Assembly: GCA_042571405.1 (NCBI GenBank)
Contig: JBHPHU010000004.1
Span: 1-62,240, forward strand
DNA length: 62,240 nucleotides
Direction: 5' to 3'
Source of the DNA: Candidatus Omnitrophota bacterium
Lineage (GTDB): Bacteria > Omnitrophota > Gorgyraeia > Gorgyraeales > Gorgyraeaceae
A program made the position numbers and the translations under genes. The notes under the pieces were generated by a model, which ran no database searches, was not told the DNA's origin, and saw only the letters and a list, made by a program, of their open reading frames with translations. Positions 55,466 to 62,240 of this stretch are shown piece by piece (position 1 is the first letter of the stretch; each line of letters starts with the position of its first letter).

Positions 55466-57235
55466 CTATCCTTTTTCCACCTCTAAGGGCAATTTCATGA
55501 CAACAGTAGTTCCTTTGCCTACTTGGCTTTCCAGTATGATGGTTCCGCCATGCTGCTCAATAATACTGCGGCTTATAGCAAGTCCCAATCCCATGCCGCC
55601 TTTTTCAATAGCATAAAACGACTCAAATATTTTCTCTAACGCGTCAGATGGTATGCCCTTCCCGGTATCTATAATCCTCACCTCTGCGCTGGTAGAGTTT
55701 GAGGACAACAAAATTACAATCGAACCTCCGGCCGGCATTGCATTAATAGCATTGATAATTACATTCATAAAAACCTGTTTTAATTTTTGAGGATCATGTC
55801 TGATATAAAGATTATCTGTCTGCGGACTATATCTAACATTAATTCTTTTTTCAATCAATCGCTCGCTCATTGTCTCCAATATGCCGCTTATTAATTCTTT
55901 CAGATCTATCTTTTCCATCAGCAGCGCGGAATTAGAAGAAAAATTGGATATCCCCTTGAGCATATGTTCCCAACGCTCGATCTCTTCCGGCATCAACTTA
56001 CTAAATCTATCTATGAATTCTCTGTCTTTATGTTTTTGCGGAAATAGCTGAACAAATGTTTTTATCGAAACTAGCGAATTCTTTAGCTCATGAGTTATCC
56101 AGCTGGCTGCTTCTCCGATTGCTGAAAGCTGCTCACGCGATTTTGCCTTTTTTAATCTTTCGCTCATATTATTAAAGGATCTGACCAGCCCTCCGATCTC
56201 ATCGCGTCTCTTTATCTCAATCTTATGGCCAAAATCACCCTCAGCCACTCTCTTTATTCTGGACGCCAGGGTCTTTATAGGCATAATCAATAACTTGGCC
56301 ATGAATATGCTTACCGCGATAGCTATTAATTCACTTAAAATTATGATCATCCACGATTGCATTTTCATTACCTTGGAAAATAAATAGGCTTCGTCCTGTT
56401 CTTGTCTCAGGACAAAACCCCATCCTAAATGTGAAACAGGCGCATAAGAAACGATCCACCTTTTTCCTGTTTTCTCCAGTGACTCAATCGACCCTGCCTG
56501 ATTCTTTAAAACTGACTGGATATACGGCAGGTGGTTAAGATCCTCGTTCTTCAAGACCCGCTTCTTATCCTGATGGGCTATCAATATGCCGTTATTTGAG
56601 ACTAAAAATGCCCTGCCGGTCGCTTCTATCTGTATATTATCTATAATGCCCCATATTCCTCTTAAATTAATGTCACCTATTAATGCGCCCACTACCTTGC
56701 CCATCTTTCTGATTGGTACGGCCATGGTTAGATAAGGCGTATGGTTATTTAAAATCATGACATTAGAAGCATAATCCTGGCCTTTGTTTATCTTTTCCAA
56801 TGCCTCTTTGAGATGAGGCCAGCTTGATTTCCTGCCCAATTCAGAACTGGCCAGTTCTCCGCCCAATAGATCTATCGAAGACACCCGCATAAAAACCGGG
56901 CGATTCAAGACCAGCTCTACCAGTACTGTTTCCTGCTTCCATGGCGCGGGATACACCACTTCAAGCATAGCCGCGGTAGTCTTCAATATGCCCTCGGGCC
57001 CTTTGATAAAGAGTTTTATCTCTTCTGCCGCCCTTACAGCTATCTCTTTATGATTATTCAATACTGAATTCCTTACAGCCTCCTGAGAGGTGCTTATTAA
57101 TAAAAATCCAAGAAGGACTACGGGAACAGTGACAAGCAGAAGAAGCATAGCCGCGATCTTTACCCATAGTCTGCGGTAAAATAAACGCAGCAAAAAAATT
57201 TTTATTTTAGACAATTTACGCATTACTCTATTCAT
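55466..57235 (-). CDS. sensor histidine kinase (periplasmic Cache-like domain, HAMP, HisKA, HATPase)
   Basis: 589 aa. ATGA overlap with the ABC exporter stop. H-box SWITHELKNSL. Confidence 0.85.
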   Translation of the reverse strand: MNRVMRKLSKIKIFLLRLFYRRLWVKIAAMLLLLVTVPVVLLGFLLISTSQEAVRNSVLNNHKEIAVRAAEEIKLFIKGPEGILKTTAAMLEVVYPAPWKQETVLVELVLNRPVFMRVSSIDLLGGELASSELGRKSSWPHLKEALEKINKGQDYASNVMILNNHTPYLTMAVPIRKMGKVVGALIGDINLRGIWGIIDNIQIEATGRAFLVSNNGILIAHQDKKRVLKNEDLNHLPYIQSVLKNQAGSIESLEKTGKRWIVSYAPVSHLGWGFVLRQEQDEAYLFSKVMKMQSWMIIILSELIAIAVSIFMAKLLIMPIKTLASRIKRVAEGDFGHKIEIKRRDEIGGLVRSFNNMSERLKKAKSREQLSAIGEAASWITHELKNSLVSIKTFVQLFPQKHKDREFIDRFSKLMPEEIERWEHMLKGISNFSSNSALLMEKIDLKELISGILETMSERLIEKRINVRYSPQTDNLYIRHDPQKLKQVFMNVIINAINAMPAGGSIVILLSSNSTSAEVRIIDTGKGIPSDALEKIFESFYAIEKGGMGLGLAISRSIIEQHGGTIILESQVGKGTTVVMKLPLEVEKG

Positions 57236-58935
57236 ATCCTCTGATAATTTTCTTTTTTATCCAAAAGCTCAGCAGGCTTTATGGTCTTTCTTATTTTGTT
57301 ATCTTCGACAAACATTATCTTATCCGCATAATCTATAGCGGCTAACCTGTGAGAAATAATGAAAGTAGTGCGGCCGGACATTAAATTCCTGAAGGCGCGT
57401 TCAATAATCAAACGCTCTGTCTCTGAATCTACGCTGGAGGTTGCCTCATCCAGTATCAAGATATCCGGGTCCCTTAATATCGCCCTGGCAATAGAGATCC
57501 TTTGTCTTTGGCCATAAGATAACTTGATCCCGCGTTCCCCTATCTCAGAATCATAGCCGCCCGCAAGGCATATGATAAACTCATGCGCCGCGGCTAATTT
57601 AGCCACATCTATAATATCCTGCATAGAGGCATCTGGTTTACCATAAAGAATATTCTCTTTTATGGTCCCGCTAAATAAATAATCGTCCTGCAGGACTATG
57701 CCTATTTTAGAACGATACGATTCCAATTCCAGATCTTTAAGATTATGCCCGTCTATAAATATTGCTCCTTTTGTAGGTTCATAAAACCGTAAAAGTAAAT
57801 TTATCAAGGTAGTTTTACCGGCTCCGCTTTTACCTGCTATAGCGACTATTTCTGATCCTTTTACATCAAAATCAACATCAGAAAGAATTTCTTTGCCGCC
57901 ATCGTAACTAAAACTGACATTTCTAAAACTTATATTACCCTTTACTGTATCAAGGAAAACAGGCCGCGAGGATTGTTTTATCTGTGGTTCTTCGACCAAT
58001 ATGCCTCTGATGCGCTCCATAGAAGCGGCTGCCTCCTGATAATAACTATTGATGATAACCATTTTGATAATAGGAAAAAATAACATGCCCAGATAGGAAT
58101 AAAAAGCCATCAATGTACCTGTAGTGATGCGCCCTGAAAAAACCGCGTTTACCCCGAACCAGACAAGCGTAATCAGGCCTAATGAACTTATAAATTCAGA
58201 GAACATCCACAGCATTATCTCCAGGCTATGACTCCCCATAGAAAGCTTGAATATCTCTTTCTGCTTAAAGTTGAATTTATCGCTTTCATGCGCTTCCCTG
58301 CTAAACCCGGCAACAACGCGTATCCCTCTGAATACCTCATTTAATCTTGTAGTAAGTTCTGCGTATCTTTCCCGGACTGCCATATGTCTTTCTTTAAGTT
58401 TTGGCGTAAGCTTAAAAAATGTTACGCCGAAAATAGGCAGATATACAATAGATAACAGCGTGAGCCTCCAATCCAAAGCAAATAAAATACAAAGGACAAA
58501 AATGATATTTAAAAAAGAGTAGATAAAATCAATGGCGCCTCCGAATAAAAACTGTCTTATACTGTCCGTATCTCCGATAATCCCGGATATCATCTTTCCC
58601 GTAGAGGTATCTTCTATATACTTAACGGATAATCTCTGTAAATGCGCATAGATCTTTCTACGCAAATCATATACTACCTTTTCACCGACAAAAGACGCCA
58701 TATACTCACGCATGTATCCAAAATACGACTTCAGGATAAACACAAGGACAAGACCTATTGTAATTATATTAAGTAAGTATATGTCTTTTTTTACTACTAT
58801 ATCATCTATTACTATCTTTATCACCCATGGAAAGGCCAACCCAAGCAGATTGGCCATTAAGATAGCTATAAAGGCAAAGGATATTTTTCTCTTATAAGGC
58901 TTTAAAAGATACAAAAACTCTTTTAGGTTTGTCAA
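57232..58935 (-). CDS. ABC exporter, fused permease/ATPase (MsbA-like)
   Basis: 567 aa. Six-TM domain, Walker A GKSGAGKTT, signature LSYGQRQR, Walker B ILILDEA. TTG start with an AAGGAG RBS; TTGA overlap with the rSAM stop. Confidence 0.9.
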   Translation of the reverse strand: MTNLKEFLYLLKPYKRKISFAFIAILMANLLGLAFPWVIKIVIDDIVVKKDIYLLNIITIGLVLVFILKSYFGYMREYMASFVGEKVVYDLRRKIYAHLQRLSVKYIEDTSTGKMISGIIGDTDSIRQFLFGGAIDFIYSFLNIIFVLCILFALDWRLTLLSIVYLPIFGVTFFKLTPKLKERHMAVRERYAELTTRLNEVFRGIRVVAGFSREAHESDKFNFKQKEIFKLSMGSHSLEIMLWMFSEFISSLGLITLVWFGVNAVFSGRITTGTLMAFYSYLGMLFFPIIKMVIINSYYQEAAASMERIRGILVEEPQIKQSSRPVFLDTVKGNISFRNVSFSYDGGKEILSDVDFDVKGSEIVAIAGKSGAGKTTLINLLLRFYEPTKGAIFIDGHNLKDLELESYRSKIGIVLQDDYLFSGTIKENILYGKPDASMQDIIDVAKLAAAHEFIICLAGGYDSEIGERGIKLSYGQRQRISIARAILRDPDILILDEATSSVDSETERLIIERAFRNLMSGRTTFIISHRLAAIDYADKIMFVEDNKIRKTIKPAELLDKKENYQRI

Positions 58936-60272
58936 GCTACAGGCTCCTTTGCTTGTCGAGTCTTGTCGTATTCCAGTTTGATCAGCTCAGGCATAACATT
59001 TTCAAAATAATCTTTTTTACATGATAGATCTTCAAAATTTTTGTTTTCCAGGTATGAAAAAAACCTGCATCCTCCCTGGCACATCGGGACATACGGGCAA
59101 TCCTTGGGGCATTTATCCCAGGCATTGATATTCAAGAATTTTTCGAAATTTTCATTCAATTCGTCTCTCCGCACATTGCCTATGGAAAACTCGGGATACC
59201 CCAATAAAGAATTACATTTATAGATTACGCCTTCAGGATCAATGGTTATGCCTCCGTCCTCCATAATCAAAGGGCACGCATTGATGGCCAGGCCCGTATT
59301 GATATTGATCCCGCGCTTGATCAAATCCTTTTTAATAGCGACTGTTTCGTTGAATAATCCGTCTTTTTCAACAAAACTCAGGCATTCGCCAAGTTCAATC
59401 GCGCCGGGATTATCCTTTGAGCCTAATCTAGGTACTATAGGCGAAAAATCAATTCTCGATAGCCTGTAAAGAAGATCTTCTTTTTCTAAATAATCCAGAA
59501 GTCTTGGAATGCTGTCTAAATTGTCCCGGTCAAAATTTCCTGCAAGGCCTACCTCTGTCTTATTAATTATACTCTTGATATTATTGATAATAACATCAAA
59601 GCTCGGCTTTCCATCCGCAAATGGCCTTTTTTTATCATGTTCATCTTTGCACCCATCAATGGTGACACGGACACCTTTTAAGCCAACTGTTAAAAACTTG
59701 TCTATCAGGTCCGCGTTTAAAAGACTCCCGTTAGTAATAATCGAGAAGTGAAATTCTGACCCGCTTTTCTCTGCCCATTTCTTCATGTGCCACGAGATAT
59801 CATAAATGGGGACAATGTTCAATAACGGCTCGCCGCCGTAATAGACTAAATGAATCCGTTTTATGCCTCTTTTCTCAGCCCTGTTGATCAACCATTTAAC
59901 TATTAAACTACTTGTATCTTTATCCAAAAATATACTATCCCTGACTGATTCCTCAAAACAATACACGCACCTAAAATTACAACTATAGGTGGTCAGGATC
60001 GTTGTCTCAAGGCTTAAGCCCTGAGTCTCATTCTTGAGTTGTCTAAAAAAATCCTTTAATTTAGCCTCTTCCTCATTATCATCTTCTACAATAATTCCGT
60101 TTTCTTTCAAGGCATTGAGATTTTCTCTAACCTGAGGGCCTGAAATATTATCTAATTCCTGCTTGAACTCTCTGCTTACCTTTATAAGCGCCTGCGTACG
60201 CGCATTAAAAAGCAAATAGTCTCCCTTATCTGGATAGTCCTCTACCCATACATTAAATCTGGATAATTTCAT
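58932..60272 (-). CDS. radical SAM/SPASM-domain peptide-modifying enzyme
   Basis: 446 aa. CNFRCVYC (CX3CX2C) and a C-terminal auxiliary cluster region CNSLLGYPEFSIG...CPKDCPYVPMCQGGCRF...C. A roughly 90-aa N-terminal extension precedes the rSAM core. Confidence 0.85.
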   Translation of the reverse strand: MKLSRFNVWVEDYPDKGDYLLFNARTQALIKVSREFKQELDNISGPQVRENLNALKENGIIVEDDNEEEAKLKDFFRQLKNETQGLSLETTILTTYSCNFRCVYCFEESVRDSIFLDKDTSSLIVKWLINRAEKRGIKRIHLVYYGGEPLLNIVPIYDISWHMKKWAEKSGSEFHFSIITNGSLLNADLIDKFLTVGLKGVRVTIDGCKDEHDKKRPFADGKPSFDVIINNIKSIINKTEVGLAGNFDRDNLDSIPRLLDYLEKEDLLYRLSRIDFSPIVPRLGSKDNPGAIELGECLSFVEKDGLFNETVAIKKDLIKRGININTGLAINACPLIMEDGGITIDPEGVIYKCNSLLGYPEFSIGNVRRDELNENFEKFLNINAWDKCPKDCPYVPMCQGGCRFFSYLENKNFEDLSCKKDYFENVMPELIKLEYDKTRQAKEPVA

Positions 60273-60360
60273 AATTATTCCTTTTTATTTGCAGCAGCTC
60301 TGGTCGGCCGCCCAGAGCATTTACTGCAAAATCTAGTCCATCAAACTTGTTAATTGGTTT

Positions 60361-60456
60361 CTACTGTACTCTAAGACCATTGCTCCCTGGAGGCCAACAG
60401 CAGTTACGCGGACTTATCTTAGATAGGTTATCTGAGCCCTTTTTTATAATCTCCAT
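60361..60456 (-). CDS. 31-aa candidate RiPP precursor peptide MEIIKKGSDNLSKISPRNCCWPPGSNGLRVQ
   Basis: Absent from the ORF track (<60 aa). The ATG lies 7 nt after a perfect AGGAGG (60469-60464) and 4 nt after the SBP stop, directly upstream of the rSAM/SPASM gene. Confidence 0.6.
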   Translation of the reverse strand: MEIIKKGSDNLSKISPRNCCWPPGSNGLRVQ

Positions 60457-60460
60457 TTTA

Positions 60461-62044
60461 TCACCTCCTTTCTATGTGCCAATCTTTCATTGTATAATAA
60501 GGCATATTAACATTAAAAAATTCATCCACATTCTCAAACCTATTAGAAGCTGCTTGAAAATAAAAAGGAAAATATAAAAAACATGCTGGTTGATCTCCAT
60601 AAATCAATTCATGAATCTCTTCGTAAAACTCTTGCCTCTTCTCTTTATCTTGGCTAACTTCTCCTAAATCAACCAACCTGTCTATTTCTTCGTTCTTATA
60701 CGTCCATAATTTATTAGCAATTCCTTTAGACCTCTTAGAGCACCAAGGTTCGACTGTTTGATCAGGGTCCATTCCAGCTAGAAATAACATTAACTGTGCC
60801 TGGAGTTTGTTCTGTTCTAAAAATTCACTAGTTAGTACGTCCTCGTGATCGTAAGAAACTACTCTAATTTTTATGCCAATGTTCTGAAGCTCCTGTCTAA
60901 TAGCTAAGATTATCCTGTTATAAATATCGCTTCTTGAATCGACTAATACTCTTATCTCTAATTCCTTTCCTTGTTTTTCTAAGATCCCGTCATTGTCTAT
61001 ATCATACCAGCCTGCCTGATCCAATAATTCTAAAGACTTTTCAGGATTATATTCAAATGTTTTAACGTCAGGATTAAACCCTATTGAATTTGAAGAAAAA
61101 GGACCGTTGCATTCTAACCCATAACCAAAAGCCGCTTTTTTAATAAGCTCTTTTCTATCTATGCCATATGCGATTGCCTGTCTTATGTTTTTATCAGCTA
61201 AAATAGGGTCACTCATGTTATATGAGATAGCATAATAACAATCAATGGGAAAGGCATGCGACTTAAACGAAGGGTCATCCTTTATTATCTCATAATCCTC
61301 TCTTTCAATAAGCTCAACATAATCTACCTCACCGCGCATAAAAGCAATCCATGCGTCACGAGAATTAGAATATGCCCTGATAATAACCTTATCCAGATAC
61401 GGCCTTCCCTCATAATAATCAGGATTATACTCCAGGGTGATCATGTTATCTTCATCCCATTGCTTAAACCTGAAAGGGCCTGTGCCAATAGGATAATGAT
61501 TAAAATCAGCTTTATCTAAATCTGTTTGTTCTAATATATGCCTGGGCATTACATATCTAAGCATTCTATAGAGAAAGGGTACTGATGATTTGTTAAGCAC
61601 GACTTTAAAAGTATATCTATCCACTACTTCAAATCTCTCTACTATCTGATACTGTAACTTAAAAGGAGAATTAACTTTGGGATCGATGATCTTATCGTAC
61701 GTAAATTTCACATCCTCTGCCGTACACTCTACTCCATCGTGAAACTTTATACCTTGTCTAAGATAAAATGTATAGACTAAGCCGCTCTTGGATATGTCCC
61801 AACGCTCCGCAAGATCCGGCTCTATCTCACCTGTTGAGTTTAGTCTCACAAGTCCGTTAAAAATTATCTGCACAAGTGACGCTGAAACACTGTAAGAAGT
61901 AAGAATAGGATTTATTATGGTAGGCTTATTACGCGTACCCCAGTTCAGAGTTCCGCCATAAGACTTTGTGGCAGGAGAAACAGCTTCAGCCTCCGGAACA
62001 ACAAAAGGTAACATAATTGAGAATACAAATAGTAATATTCGCAC
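60461..62044 (-). CDS. family-5 (Opp/Dpp-type) solute-binding protein, no cognate permease in the operon
   Basis: 527 aa. Signal peptide (GTG start) and SBP_bac_5-like sequence throughout. Confidence 0.85.
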   Translation of the reverse strand: MRILLFVFSIMLPFVVPEAEAVSPATKSYGGTLNWGTRNKPTIINPILTSYSVSASLVQIIFNGLVRLNSTGEIEPDLAERWDISKSGLVYTFYLRQGIKFHDGVECTAEDVKFTYDKIIDPKVNSPFKLQYQIVERFEVVDRYTFKVVLNKSSVPFLYRMLRYVMPRHILEQTDLDKADFNHYPIGTGPFRFKQWDEDNMITLEYNPDYYEGRPYLDKVIIRAYSNSRDAWIAFMRGEVDYVELIEREDYEIIKDDPSFKSHAFPIDCYYAISYNMSDPILADKNIRQAIAYGIDRKELIKKAAFGYGLECNGPFSSNSIGFNPDVKTFEYNPEKSLELLDQAGWYDIDNDGILEKQGKELEIRVLVDSRSDIYNRIILAIRQELQNIGIKIRVVSYDHEDVLTSEFLEQNKLQAQLMLFLAGMDPDQTVEPWCSKRSKGIANKLWTYKNEEIDRLVDLGEVSQDKEKRQEFYEEIHELIYGDQPACFLYFPFYFQAASNRFENVDEFFNVNMPYYTMKDWHIERR

Positions 62045-62062
62045 CTGTCACCTATTAAAATA

Positions 62063-62078
62063 AGCAACTTTTATGCCA
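62063..62078 (-). promoter_or_regulatory. sigma54-type promoter TGGCAT-N5-TTGCT
   Basis: The minus strand reads TGGCATAAAAGTTGCT with exact GG-N10-GC spacing. The -12 GC lies 20 nt upstream of the SBP start codon. Confidence 0.6.
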
Positions 62079-62170
62079 AAGCCAGAAATTCGTGTAAGAT
62101 TCGCGCCAATTACCGTCGAGAGAAATATTTTATAAATCGCAAGTAAGGTTTAGAGCTTGCCTAAGATTTA

Positions 62171-62206
62171 TGCACAAAAATATGGGCATATTGGTTTTAT
62201 TGTGCA
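62171..62206. promoter_or_regulatory. candidate enhancer (UAS): TGCACAA-N22-TTGTGCA, about 95-130 bp upstream of the sigma54 promoter
   Basis: 7-bp perfect inverted arms with a nested atatg-ggc-catat. The same half-site occurs upstream of glnA copy 1. Confidence 0.35.
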
Positions 62207-62240
62207 ATATTATATTACCAGTCACAGGTAAGCCCGGCCT

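Noticed and set aside
60285-60320. Second precursor peptide MLWAADQSCCK
   Set aside because: It has no Shine-Dalgarno, is only 11 codons long, and largely coincides with a GC hairpin. I noted it under findings but do not call it a gene.

Overview
This 62.2-kb chromosomal segment comes from an AT-rich, LPS-making (diderm) bacterium, probably an uncultivated lineage; that taxonomy is inference only. Every gene I can support (about 60 CDS and one tRNA) lies on the minus strand; the plus-strand ORFs in the track look like antisense shadows. In minus-strand (transcription) order the window contains nine blocks.
(1) 62.2-54.7 kb: a candidate modified-peptide (RiPP-like) signalling operon. It runs from a sigma54-type promoter through an orphan family-5 solute-binding protein, an unannotated 31-aa Cys-Cys-Trp peptide ORF, a radical SAM/SPASM enzyme, an ABC exporter and a dCache-HAMP histidine kinase to a REC-AraC regulator.
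(2) 54.6-47.8 kb: a dense two-component cluster with two secreted sensor-like proteins.
(3) recQ, small membrane, outer-membrane and exonuclease genes, a U32 peptidase, hisG and an unannotated 29-aa hyper-basic ORF.
(4) A TPR lipoprotein, split transketolase, ispE, SpoVG with a zinc-ribbon insertion, and tRNA-Gln followed by two identical 138-bp tandem units that each repeat the tRNA 3' end.
(5) glmU-prs-ctc-pth-rpsF-ssb-rpsR-rplI-dnaB.
(6) bamA-skp-lpxD-lpxC/fabZ-lpxA-lpxI.
(7) GAF-ANTAR, queF and a second glnA.
(8) A 3-kb accessory islet: an orphan 213-aa gene flanked by inverted palindromic elements, BrnT/BrnA, and a frameshifted HigB/HigA.
(9) A frameshifted cation/proton antiporter, an ECF-like sigma factor, and a nitrogen-assimilation block: amtB-PII-glnA-Fis-type HTH-gltB-gltD-PEP-binding protein-carA.
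Many intergenic spacers inside housekeeping operons are filled by 40-135-bp imperfect palindromes or repeat families. The most interesting candidate is the peptide/rSAM/exporter/kinase operon. All functional calls rest on motif recognition by eye; no database search was possible.
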